Source: Dehalococcoidia bacterium
GTDB taxonomy: Bacteria > Chloroflexota > Dehalococcoidia > UBA2979
Reading direction: 5' to 3'
NCBI GenBank assembly: GCA_965262725.1
Contig: OZ253555.1
Span: forward strand, 128,001-192,000
Length of the DNA stretch: 64,000 nt
Part shown: positions 8,864-17,835 of the stretch, piece by piece
How the letters are laid out: each line of letters begins with the position of its first letter
Numbering within the stretch: the first letter of the stretch is position 1
Made by a program: the position numbers and the translations under genes
The notes under the pieces: model-generated
The model's input: only the letters and a program-made list of their open reading frames with translations
Databases searched by the model: none
Told to the model about the DNA's origin: nothing

Positions 8864-10060
8864 ATGTCGAGCTCGTATATCGCGTGCCTGCTGGTGCCGG
8901 CGCCCGCGCTCGGCGTCGAGGTCGCGCGCCGCCCGGAGCTGCGGGGCCGGCCCGTCGCCATCGCCAGCGCCTGCGGTCAGCGCGTGGCGGAGGCGAGTCC
9001 GGCCGCCGCACGGCGTGGCGTGCGTCCGGGACAGCGAGTCAGCGAGGCCGTGGCCTGGTGTCCCGGGCTCGTGGTTCTCGCGGAGCGGCCCGCGCGCGTG
9101 CGTCGCGCCGCTTCGCAGCTCGTGGATGCGGTCGCCACGGTCAGCCCGCTTGTCGAGGAGGCAGCTCCGGGCGAGGTCTACGCCGACCTGCGCGGCCTCG
9201 ATGGTCTCTACCCGGAGGTGGATGCGCTTGCGCAGGCGCTGCTGGGGCCGGCTCCGCAAGCGCTGGGCGCGAGGCTGGGGGTGGCCGGCAGCCGCTTCAC
9301 GGCGCGGGCGGCCGCCTCCGTCGCACCCCCCGGGGGCTGGTTGCGGGTTGCCGAGGGAGAGGCGCGGGCCTTTCTCGATGCGTTGCCGATCGGATTGCTC
9401 CCGCTCGAGGGGGCCGATCGGGACTGGCTCGCCGTGCTCGGCCTCGTCACGCTCGGTGACCTGGCGGCTCTGCCGCGGCACGCCGTCGAGGCGCAGCTCG
9501 GGCCGGCGGGGACGCGGGCCTGGCTCGCCGCACGGGGCGAGGATGCGTCGCCGCTGATTCCTCGGACCCCCCGGGAGCGCGTGCGGGAGAGGGCGCAGTC
9601 CGAGCCGCCGCTCATCAGCCGCGAGGCGGTGCTGATGACGTTCGAACAACTTCTGGGACGCGCACTCAGCCGCCCGCCTGCCCGCGGCCGCCTGGTGCGC
9701 TCCGTCCACCTGGGCGCCACGACCGGGGACGAACGTCTCTGGGAACGCACGCGCGTGCTGACCGAGCCGACCGGCGACCGCTCGCGTCTCTGGACCGCGG
9801 TCCGCCCCGCCATCGAGACGGCGGCATTCGGCGGGCCGGTGGCGGAACTGGCTCTGGAGCTAGACGGGCTGACCGTCGAGCGCGGCCTCCAGGGGAGGCT
9901 GCTGCACGACCTGGGCGTCCGTCGCCGCGAGCGGCTCGATGAGATGGCGCACCACCTCCAGCTGCGCTACAGCCGGGCGGCGCTGCGCCGCGTCGTCGCC
10001 CTGGTGCCGGACAGCCGCATCCCCGAGCGCCGCTACGCCCTCGCGGATTACGACCCGTGA
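8864..10060 (+). CDS. imuB: Catalytically inactive Y-family polymerase (ImuB)
   Basis: RPELRGRPVAI, AARRGVRPG, SPLVEEAAPGEVYADL (acidic catalytic residues lost), LGLVTLGDLAALP, clamp-like QGRLL, SRIPERR. Confidence 0.88.
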   Translation: MSSSYIACLLVPAPALGVEVARRPELRGRPVAIASACGQRVAEASPAAARRGVRPGQRVSEAVAWCPGLVVLAERPARVRRAASQLVDAVATVSPLVEEAAPGEVYADLRGLDGLYPEVDALAQALLGPAPQALGARLGVAGSRFTARAAASVAPPGGWLRVAEGEARAFLDALPIGLLPLEGADRDWLAVLGLVTLGDLAALPRHAVEAQLGPAGTRAWLAARGEDASPLIPRTPRERVRERAQSEPPLISREAVLMTFEQLLGRALSRPPARGRLVRSVHLGATTGDERLWERTRVLTEPTGDRSRLWTAVRPAIETAAFGGPVAELALELDGLTVERGLQGRLLHDLGVRRRERLDEMAHHLQLRYSRAALRRVVALVPDSRIPERRYALADYDP

Positions 10061-10356
10061 GCGGCGGGGGCGGCGCGCTCAGCCCGCTCGGGCTGCCCCG
10101 GCCGATCGAGGTTCGCCTCGGTGTCGATGGCGAGCCGCGCTCGCTGCGGAGGTGGCGGCGGCACGGCGCGCCGGGCTCGCCGCTCGCTATTCGGCGGGTC
10201 GAGGAGGTGTGGCGCATCGCGGAGGAGTGGTGGCGCGCGGCGCCGCTGCACCGCACCTACTACCGCGTCCTGGTGGATGGCGGCGGCATGCTCACGTTGT
10301 TCCACGACGACACGCAGCCGCCGGGCGAGGGCTGGTACGAGCAGCGTGACGGGTGA
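10057..10356 (+). CDS. DUF6504-like small protein (resembles an ImuB C-terminal domain)
   Basis: PRPIEV..EEVWRIAEEWWR..RTYYRV..LTLFHD..WYEQ; GTGA overlap with imuB. Confidence 0.8.
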   Translation: MSGGGGALSPLGLPRPIEVRLGVDGEPRSLRRWRRHGAPGSPLAIRRVEEVWRIAEEWWRAAPLHRTYYRVLVDGGGMLTLFHDDTQPPGEGWYEQRDG

Positions 10357-10409
10357 GTCGGGGTGCGGGCCAGCCGCCGGGCCGACCCGGGGATCCTCCG
10401 CACGCGGTG

Positions 10410-10450
10410 AGGCCCCCGGGATGGCAGGAGTACTGCCATCCCGGGGGCCT
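10410..10450. terminator. Perfect 18-bp inverted repeat, probable terminator between convergent genes
   Basis: AGGCCCCCGGGATGGCAG-gagta-CTGCCATCCCGGGGGCCT. Confidence 0.75.
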
Positions 10451-10494
10451 TCTCCCACGCGCGAGGCGCACCTGGCGCGTGAGGAGTCCTCTCG

Positions 10495-11124
10495 CTACTC
10501 CGACGACGTCTTGAGGCCATCCAGACCCAGCATGACGAACCAGACCGCCCAGGCGATGTAGCAGATCCGGGCGATACTGATCATGTCGTCGAGCTGGCTG
10601 TTGTCGAGGATGCCGATGACGTAGGTCACCAGTGCGACCAGCGACGCCGCCGCGACTACCCACGCGATGATCTTGGTGGAGTCGCCCCTGTTCGACAGGG
10701 CGTAGCTGTGAATGGCGATCCCCAGCGACAGGGGAACGGCCGACATCAGGACGAGCCCGAACTTGGTCGCGTACACGGAGGCGTGCCCGTCGGCCATCAT
10801 CAGGGTCAGCGCCTGCGCGAAGACCCACCCGAGGATGCCGACCGCGATCATGGTGAACGCGAACCGCGCCAGCTTGTCGTCGTTGCCGTCCTGGAAGGAC
10901 TGCAGCCCGTGGAGCGTCAGGATCAGGCCGACTACGATGAAGAACGTCGTCCAGTTGGCCAGATCGGCGTTCCCCGCCGCGGCGGCGACCTGCCCGGCCC
11001 CGTCCGAGATGTCCGCACTGTCGATAAGCATGCCGCCGGGCTGGAGCGCGAAGGCGACCAGCGCCAGCACGGGGCCCACAATCAGGGACAGCGCCCCGAG
11101 GTTGCCCACCGTAACTTTCTCCAC
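10495..11124 (-). CDS. Multi-pass membrane protein of unknown function
   Basis: About six hydrophobic helices in a clean ORF. Confidence 0.75.
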   Translation of the reverse strand: MEKVTVGNLGALSLIVGPVLALVAFALQPGGMLIDSADISDGAGQVAAAAGNADLANWTTFFIVVGLILTLHGLQSFQDGNDDKLARFAFTMIAVGILGWVFAQALTLMMADGHASVYATKFGLVLMSAVPLSLGIAIHSYALSNRGDSTKIIAWVVAAASLVALVTYVIGILDNSQLDDMISIARICYIAWAVWFVMLGLDGLKTSSE

Positions 11125-11255
11125 AGCAGTTCCTTCCCAGGACCGCTAAGGCGCGCAAACCAATGACCGCGTTCTGCGTCGCCTCCTGCCCGAATATCGG
11201 CACATTACCACGTATGTGAAGGGGTTGCGGGGGGTCCGGATCGCCGTGAACGGCG

Positions 11256-12260
11256 CTAGTCGCCGCCCGTCGTCGGTCCCGGATCCGCGGCGCCGAAGTC
11301 GACGTTGGAGAAGGCCTGGCGCGCCGCCCCGTGGCAGAGGCCGTCACGCTCCTCCTCGGTGAATGTGACCCCGTAGCGCGCACCCCACGCGGGGAGATCG
11401 AGCGCGATCTCGGCGAATCGTTTCGTCCGCGCGCGCGCGGCGCTGCCCACGCCCGTCTGAGGCAGATCGCTTCCCCAGACCACGCGATCGGGCCCCATCA
11501 CGTCGAGGAAGACGCGCAGCACCCGCATCAGCTGCGGCAGGTTGTGCTCCTCCACCGCGCCGAGGGCCTGCCAGTCGCAGAGATCGAGCCAGACGTTGCG
11601 CTTCCCCTGCGCCGCCTCCAGGCCGCGCCAGTAGGCCCCCGTCTCGAACGGCGCTCGGGCGGCGCCGGCGTGCCCCATCAGGATGCGCAGCCCCGGGTAG
11701 CGCCGTGCGACGAGTTCCACCCACTCCGGCCAGGCCCAGATGTTGCCGCCGGTGTGAATGAGTACGGGCACGTCGAGCTCCTGCGCCTTCTCGTACATCG
11801 GGAAGAGCCGCTCGTCGCTCGCCTGGTAGCCGTTGGGCGGGTAGACTTTCCAGCCGACGGCGCCGTAGTCGCGCACGCATTCCTCGAGGAAGGCGACCGC
11901 GCGCGGCCGCCTCGCGTCGACGCCGCACATCGCCCACAGCTTCCCGGGGTGACGCGCCACGGCGGCGTAGGAGCGGCGGTGGAACTCCTCCACGGAGAGC
12001 TGGTTGTCCTCCTCCGGGCCGTACGCCATCCCCCAGTCGAGCACCTGGATCACCGAGTGACCGATGCCGTAGGTCGCCATCTCCTCCACGGCTCCGTCGC
12101 CGCTCTCGTCCATCGTCGGGGACTGGCGGATCCGCTCCAGCACCTGCTCCACCGTGCGTCCCGTGCGGCGAGCGATCGCCTCGGCGGTGAAGGTCGGGAG
12201 GTGGCTCGGCGGGAACCAGTCGAAGCCCCAGAGATGGCGGTGCACGTCGATGAGTGTCAT
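11256..12260 (-). CDS. Amidohydrolase_2 family protein
   Basis: IDVHRH, GWKVYP, PMYEKAQELDVPVLIHTG, ILMGHAG, VVWGSD. Confidence 0.9.
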   Translation of the reverse strand: MTLIDVHRHLWGFDWFPPSHLPTFTAEAIARRTGRTVEQVLERIRQSPTMDESGDGAVEEMATYGIGHSVIQVLDWGMAYGPEEDNQLSVEEFHRRSYAAVARHPGKLWAMCGVDARRPRAVAFLEECVRDYGAVGWKVYPPNGYQASDERLFPMYEKAQELDVPVLIHTGGNIWAWPEWVELVARRYPGLRILMGHAGAARAPFETGAYWRGLEAAQGKRNVWLDLCDWQALGAVEEHNLPQLMRVLRVFLDVMGPDRVVWGSDLPQTGVGSAARARTKRFAEIALDLPAWGARYGVTFTEEERDGLCHGAARQAFSNVDFGAADPGPTTGGD

Positions 12261-12458
12261 CCGGTTCCCCCGATCGCCGCCGTCCGCGTCCCGTCGCCCC
12301 GGGGCCGGGGCGACGCGTGCGAGTTGTACCACGGCTCCCGGCGCCGCTGGCGCGCGTCTCGCCGCGCCGGGCGGCGTCCGGGTGCCGGGCTTCGCGGTGG
12401 TAGAGTGCCGCCTGCGGCCGCCCGGCAGCGAGAATCGGCGGCCGGGGAGGGTCTGGCG

Positions 12459-13310
12459 ATGACGACGACTGCCCACCGCGCGACTCACGGGCTGGTGCAG
12501 AGCCCGCACGGCGCGATCGAATACCGCGAAACCGGCGAGGGGCCGGCGGTGCTGCTCCTGCACTGGAACTCGTCCTCCGCCGCCTACTTCCTCCCGGTCA
12601 TGCCGCTGCTCGCGCCGCGGGTGCGCGCCATCGCGATGTCGACGATGGGCCACGGCGAGTCGGACCGGCCGCCTGAGCCCTACTCATCTCTCCACGAGTA
12701 CGCGCAGGCGGCGTTGTGGCTGCTCGACGGGCTCGGGCTCGAGCGGGTGCACGTCGTCGGTACGCACACGGGGGCGATGATCGGGACGGAGCTCGCCGTG
12801 AGCTGGCCGGAGCGTGTCGACCGGCTCGTGCTGGAGGAGCCCTTCAACTGGAACACCGAGCGGCGGCGCGCCGCGCACCTGCGTCTGCACGAGTACCGCG
12901 AGCCCGACGACGAGGGTGAGTTCCTGAAGCGCCTCTGGCAGTGGACCCGCGATCGCGTCAGCGAGGAGATGCCCGGCGCCACGCCCGACTTCCGGCTGCT
13001 CAGGCAGCGCTTCATCGACAAGCTACGGCTCGCCGATGAGGCGCCCGAGCCCTACGCGCCGATGGCCTGGGAGGGCGCCGGTCCCTATGCGATGTGCCAC
13101 TACGAGATGTGGGAGGCGGCGCCGCGCGTTCAGGCGCCGACGCTGGTGATACACGGCACCGGCAGCCAGCTCGGCCGCTCGCACGAGAAGTTCCTCGATC
13201 TCATTCCGAACGCGCGCGGGCTCCGCGTCCCCTCGGTCGGCAACTCCGTGCCGTTCCAGCACCCGGAGCTGTGGACGCGGGAGGTCCTCGCCTTCCTGCT
13301 CGAGGGCTGA
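12459..13310 (+). CDS. Alpha/beta-hydrolase fold protein with non-canonical GTHTG elbow
   Basis: GEGPAVLLLH, GHGESDRP, VVGTHTGA, PERVDRLVL, APTLVIHG. Confidence 0.88.
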   Translation: MTTTAHRATHGLVQSPHGAIEYRETGEGPAVLLLHWNSSSAAYFLPVMPLLAPRVRAIAMSTMGHGESDRPPEPYSSLHEYAQAALWLLDGLGLERVHVVGTHTGAMIGTELAVSWPERVDRLVLEEPFNWNTERRRAAHLRLHEYREPDDEGEFLKRLWQWTRDRVSEEMPGATPDFRLLRQRFIDKLRLADEAPEPYAPMAWEGAGPYAMCHYEMWEAAPRVQAPTLVIHGTGSQLGRSHEKFLDLIPNARGLRVPSVGNSVPFQHPELWTREVLAFLLEG

Positions 13311-13418
13311 GGACCTCCGGCAGGTATGGCGGGACGAACCGGCTGAGGGCGTCACGCCCTCAGGCCCGCTCCCGAGCGGTCGCCTGGCCTCACCACGGGA
13401 CCGGACCCCGGCGGGCAG

Positions 13419-14336
13419 CTATTCGTACCAGCCCGACGCGAAGATCAACCCGTCGTAGCGCACGGCCCAGGTGTGCTTCTGCCGCTCATCACCTGTGTCG
13501 GGATTCAGCAGCACGTAGTCGACCCAGCGTCCCGACTCGGGGGCACCCAGCAGCTCGTCGCCGTAGAAGTATCCCGTGGAGTCGACGCGGAGGCTGGGAT
13601 CCCGACCCCGGAACACCGGATTGTGGTGGGCGATGGTGTAGCCGTCCTGGTCGACGATGAAGACGTACCACTGGTCGTCCACGCTCTCCGTGGTGTTGTA
13701 GTAGGCGACCGTGTCCTCGCGGCCGATGGCGTCGTACAGGGCGATGGCCCTCCCGACGAAGGTCGTGGTGTAGGCGGGGGCGTCGGACTTGCCGGGCGCT
13801 CGCTCATACCAGCCTGATCCAAAGGTCAGGCCGTCGTATTCGACTATCCAGGAATGTTTGACCTCGACGGCGCCCGAGGCCGGGTTCGTGAAGGTGTAAC
13901 TGAACCAGGCGCCGTCCTCGTCGGCGACCGCGACCACCGCCTCTCCGGCGGGATAGTTGTGAGGCCCGACGGCCTCGGAGGCGGGCCGGTCAACGAGGTC
14001 GGGGTTGGCATGGGCTCGTATTATGTCGTCCTGATCGCCGATGAACACGTACCATTGGCCGTCGATGCTCGCCCTGGTGTTGTAGTGGGCGACCGTGGCA
14101 TCGAGACCCTCTGAGTCATACTTCCTGATGGCCGCCCTGACGACATACTTGGTGTACTCGGCGGGCTCCCATCTGGGGGGTACGGCGGCCGGCGCTTCGG
14201 TGGCGATGTCCCCCGCGGGACCCTGAGGCCCGGGAGGCCCCTGCTCTCCGGCAGGTCCGGCATCTCCCTGGCAGGCGGCAACCGCCAGGACAAGGGCAAT
14301 GATCGAGATGGTCGTTATGAGTGTGCGCACGCTCAT
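13419..14336 (-). CDS. Lipoprotein with a short collagen-like segment and two tandem Cache domains
   Basis: Lipobox LAVAAC, GPAGEQGPPGPQGPAG, duplicated QWYVFI.DQD and DGL.F.SGWYE motifs. Confidence 0.82.
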   Translation of the reverse strand: MSVRTLITTISIIALVLAVAACQGDAGPAGEQGPPGPQGPAGDIATEAPAAVPPRWEPAEYTKYVVRAAIRKYDSEGLDATVAHYNTRASIDGQWYVFIGDQDDIIRAHANPDLVDRPASEAVGPHNYPAGEAVVAVADEDGAWFSYTFTNPASGAVEVKHSWIVEYDGLTFGSGWYERAPGKSDAPAYTTTFVGRAIALYDAIGREDTVAYYNTTESVDDQWYVFIVDQDGYTIAHHNPVFRGRDPSLRVDSTGYFYGDELLGAPESGRWVDYVLLNPDTGDERQKHTWAVRYDGLIFASGWYE

Positions 14337-14570
14337 GCCTCCGGCTTGCGTCGTCCTCGGCACAGACCTGGCTGCTCGGCGGGGCGGTATTCCCGTCAGC
14401 GCTTCCGGCCCGGCCTGCTCCTCCACGTCCGCGACTGGACCTGATCGCCGTCCCGATCGCCGAGAGTCTAGGTATCACTTACCAAGTCAGAGCGCCAATC
14501 GGCCGGACGGCTCCGACGAGGCCGCGGACGATGCTCGGGACCAGGGTGGCGCCGGATCTCGGATGCGCGA

Positions 14571-15365
14571 TCAGGGCGCCGTCACGAAGTCCGCCACCTC
14601 GCGCGCGAAGCGGTGCGGCGCTCGCCACGGGAGCTGCCCCGGCAGTCCCTCGAAGAGTTCGAAGCGGGCGCCGGGCGCGGTGAGTGCCGCGTCGCGGTCC
14701 TCCTCGATGAGCGTGTCGAACTCCACGCCGAGCACGAGCACCGGGCAGCTGAGCGCCCTCAGATCCGGCTCGGGGTCGTGCCGCGCGACCCCGTCGAGCG
14801 CCCAGCCCCACCGCTCGTGGATGCGCAGCACGCTGGTGGTCATCAGGGTCGCCAGCGCGAGGTCCGCGGCGCCGCCGCGGGTGGTGGCGGTGCGCCACTG
14901 ATCGCGCAGGTGCGAGCCGTCCTCGGCGAGCGCGATCGGTCCCGGCGGCGAGGCGAGCCAGCCGGCGCGCCACTCGCGCATCGCCCCCGGCGTCCCCGAG
15001 ATCACGAGGTGGCTCACGCGCTCGGGCGCCTGCGCCGCCATCTGCAGCGCGATCCCGGTGCCGGTGTGCACGCCGACGGCGGCGAAGCGATCGACGCCGA
15101 GGGATGAGGCCGCCTCGAGCATCGCGGCGGCGTACTCGGGCACGGACTGAGGGCCCGGCGGCGGGTCGGAGTGACCGTAGCCCGGCGTGTCGAAGGCGTA
15201 GGCGGAGATCCGCTCGCCGAGGAGCGGGAGCGTCCGCTCGAAGATGGCCGAGGACTGTGGTGACTCGTGGAAGAGAAGCGCGGTCGGGCGCGCAGCATCC
15301 GCCTCGCCCACTCCCTCAGCCCGGAAGTGCACCTGTCCCCAGCGACAGGAGGCGTAGCCGCGCAT
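14571..15365 (-). CDS. Alpha/beta-hydrolase fold protein with non-canonical GVHTG elbow
   Basis: GQVHFR, LFHESPQSS, DTPGYGHSDPP, VGVHTGT, PERVSHLVI. Confidence 0.88.
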   Translation of the reverse strand: MRGYASCRWGQVHFRAEGVGEADAARPTALLFHESPQSSAIFERTLPLLGERISAYAFDTPGYGHSDPPPGPQSVPEYAAAMLEAASSLGVDRFAAVGVHTGTGIALQMAAQAPERVSHLVISGTPGAMREWRAGWLASPPGPIALAEDGSHLRDQWRTATTRGGAADLALATLMTTSVLRIHERWGWALDGVARHDPEPDLRALSCPVLVLGVEFDTLIEEDRDAALTAPGARFELFEGLPGQLPWRAPHRFAREVADFVTAP

Positions 15366-15468
15366 CGCATTCCCGCTTCCCCCGGCTCCCGCCCGTGTAG
15401 CGTACCGTACACCGGCGCCGCGGCCGGCGGCGGCTCGTCCGACGGAGCGGGGCCGGGAGGTGGGAGCG

Positions 15469-15738
15469 GTGTCCGACGTCCGCATCGTCGCCAAGGCGAT
15501 GGATGATCTCGCCGATGACTGGCACTGGGTGCTGCTGCACGGCGCGGAGGAACTCGAGCCGCGGCTCTACTATGTGCAGCGGGTCGGGACCGTCTGCGGG
15601 CTGCTGATCGCCGCGGCGCCGCAGCAGGTGCGCCTCTTCGACATGGGCGCGCCGGCCGAGCCGACCTGCCCCCGCTGCCTGGAGCACGGCGGAGGCTCCG
15701 TGCTGAGCGAGGCCGAGGCGGTCGCGGCGCTCGCCTGA
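15469..15738 (+). CDS. Small hypothetical protein, possible Zn-binding
   Basis: GGAG SD before GTG; WH..TVCG..TCPRC pattern. Confidence 0.55.
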   Translation: MSDVRIVAKAMDDLADDWHWVLLHGAEELEPRLYYVQRVGTVCGLLIAAAPQQVRLFDMGAPAEPTCPRCLEHGGGSVLSEAEAVAALA

Positions 15739-15910
15739 GAGGCTGCACAACTCGGCTGGGCGACTGGGCGGTGCTCGCCGAGGCGGTGCTGGGTGCTGAG
15801 GTCTCGCCCAGGTCGGCGTCGACTAGGACGACCTCACGAGGCTGCCAGAAGCTTGTCGTCTCAGTTGGATCGACCGGGCCGCGGAACCCTACCTTTTTGT
15901 GCAGGGCGCT

Positions 15911-17041
15911 CTAGGACTTCCTCGCGATGGCCTCATCAGCAGTCGGCGCGAGGAACTGGAGCATCGTACCCTCAGGGTACGTTCTTGATCTTCTTCGTGT
16001 ACCTTGCAGTATCTCGATCTCCCCACGGACCTCCATGGGCTTCAAAGTACTGCTCTTTAAGTGACCCGAATGGAAGTCCGTTGCGTCGGACTTTACGAAT
16101 TCCTCGATATCTTCAATGTTCTGCCATCCTTTGGATGCGAACTGACTACGCAGCTCCATCGCAAGACGACTAAGGTCGACAATGCTTTCGCCAAAAGTGA
16201 GTTGACCGTGCTGTCCACCTCGGAACTTGAAGTCTCCGAACGGGTCAGCTTTCCAAATTGCCTGCTTCATCTTGTCGCAACCGTCTAGGCTATTGGTTCC
16301 GAAAAAGATGGTGTATATTAGTCTACTACCGCTATAGAGTTCGAAGTGAACAACGAACCTGGCACCGTTGCTCTTGAGCTGATTCTTATACAAGTCATAG
16401 AAAAACTCCTTCCTCTCTACGCTGTCCGTTAGGTCGATTCCGTCTCGCCATTGAGTACATCCAAAGAGCTCGTCAAGATGCCTGCTGAACTCAGGCCGTG
16501 TCTTGAATCGGTTGATCGACTCGTACATAAACGAGATGTAGACTTCTGATCTCCGGTTACGCAATATTCTTGATATGGTCCTCATGGGCGTGCCGGAAAC
16601 ACCAAATGGATCAATCATCACAAATGCCGGTGCCAGATGGGTTCGTTGCTCTTCGAGTTCGTCGAGAACATCTGTGAGAGTCTCATCAAAGGTGTCGTTG
16701 ATGACTTCGTAGTGGCACTGTGGAGGCAATTGACCCTTAAGATCGCCCAGAACCCGTTCAAGGTGCATGCTTCGGGCCGCGTCGCGCTCGATGAACATGT
16801 AATTCACTTCGCTTTGGAACTGATTCCGGGCGCGATGGTTGATCAACGCATTTAGAGCAATGACCGGTGAGCCGAGCTCGCCACCTGAGTACTTGCCTGG
16901 CCCGGCGAACGCGTCGATGAAGAGGATGCGGCCATTCCATTTGCTCATGATTGGCAACCAAGCCTGCATGTAACTCTCGAGTACGAGGTGTTTGCCTCTG
17001 GTCTGCGGCTCGAGTGGCCAAGTGGTACCGCTAACGGACAT
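15911..17041 (-). CDS. tcmP: Three-Cys-motif partner protein TcmP (SAM-methyltransferase-like)
   Basis: TRGKHLVLESYMQAW, FIDAFAGPG, GSPVIAL, MFIE, FVMIDPFG, GCDKMKQAIWK. Overlaps the DUF5131 gene and is visibly AT-richer than its flanks. Confidence 0.88.
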   Translation of the reverse strand: MSVSGTTWPLEPQTRGKHLVLESYMQAWLPIMSKWNGRILFIDAFAGPGKYSGGELGSPVIALNALINHRARNQFQSEVNYMFIERDAARSMHLERVLGDLKGQLPPQCHYEVINDTFDETLTDVLDELEEQRTHLAPAFVMIDPFGVSGTPMRTISRILRNRRSEVYISFMYESINRFKTRPEFSRHLDELFGCTQWRDGIDLTDSVERKEFFYDLYKNQLKSNGARFVVHFELYSGSRLIYTIFFGTNSLDGCDKMKQAIWKADPFGDFKFRGGQHGQLTFGESIVDLSRLAMELRSQFASKGWQNIEDIEEFVKSDATDFHSGHLKSSTLKPMEVRGEIEILQGTRRRSRTYPEGTMLQFLAPTADEAIARKS

Positions 17042-17804
17042 GCTGGCCGCTGATTGCAGTCGCAGGATATTCACGCCATTGACGTCCGTCTAAGACTGCT
17101 TCGTCTCCCGACCGCTTGCCGCGCCTACCCCCTAGCTGCTTGAGGAAGAATGCGACACCTGCGTCGGCTGATTGGTCACGCAGGCCCCTTGCCCAGTCCA
17201 AGTCCATCGCTCTGGCGCCGCGTCCGCTTTCGCCGCCAGCAATAACCCAATGGATGTCTCCTCGACGAAGCCAAGTGCCGAGGTCGATGGTGCCGAGCAG
17301 CGGTTCGGCCGAGACGAAGCGTACCTTTGCTGGCAGCCGCGCCAGCACCGTTATTCGTGGTGCGTACTTCTGGTTCTCCACCGAAGTGCCAATCCAGACG
17401 CCTGCTGGCCACACCCCGCCATATCGGCTCTGGTTGCGGTCCCACCATCCGACCGCTCGCCCCGGACGCTTTGTCAAGACTTGGAATATGTGCCCGCGCG
17501 CTGCCGCTGCGATGCTCATCACATCAAAGACCTGCGTCACGAATTCATAGGGAACACGCGGATGAAAGACGTCGGACATACTGTTGACGAAGATGCGGCG
17601 GGGCTTTCTCCACCGCAAGGGGGCGTCTAGACGCTCAGGCAGCAGTTGCACTTCCTGCGGTGCAGTCTCGTACCCGCGCACGCCCATCGCGGTTAGTCGC
17701 GGGTACATCGAGTACATGTAGCAATGGTCGCAGCCGGGAGACACCCGCGTGCAACCCGTGACCGGATTCCAAGTCTCATCCGTCCATTCAATCGTCGATG
17801 GCAT
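17031..17804 (-). CDS. DUF5131 / phage Gp37-Gp68 family radical-SAM-like protein
   Basis: IEWTDETWNPVTGCTRVSPGCDHCY (CX6CX2C), FVNSMSDVFH, FQVLTKRP, RFVSAEPLLG, WVIAGGESG, FFLKQLGG. Confidence 0.95.
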   Translation of the reverse strand: MPSTIEWTDETWNPVTGCTRVSPGCDHCYMYSMYPRLTAMGVRGYETAPQEVQLLPERLDAPLRWRKPRRIFVNSMSDVFHPRVPYEFVTQVFDVMSIAAAARGHIFQVLTKRPGRAVGWWDRNQSRYGGVWPAGVWIGTSVENQKYAPRITVLARLPAKVRFVSAEPLLGTIDLGTWLRRGDIHWVIAGGESGRGARAMDLDWARGLRDQSADAGVAFFLKQLGGRRGKRSGDEAVLDGRQWREYPATAISGQHVR

Positions 17805-17821
17805 CGCAGAACGCCTCCATA

Positions 17822-17835
17822 CGAACTTGTGTTCT
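17822..17835 (-). promoter_or_regulatory. LexA (SOS) box CGAAC-TTGT-GTTCT upstream of DUF5131-tcmP
   Basis: GAAC-N4-GTTC at 17823-17834, immediately 5' of the SD (GGAGG, 17814-17818). A minus-strand TTGACA lies at 17851-17856. Confidence 0.7.
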
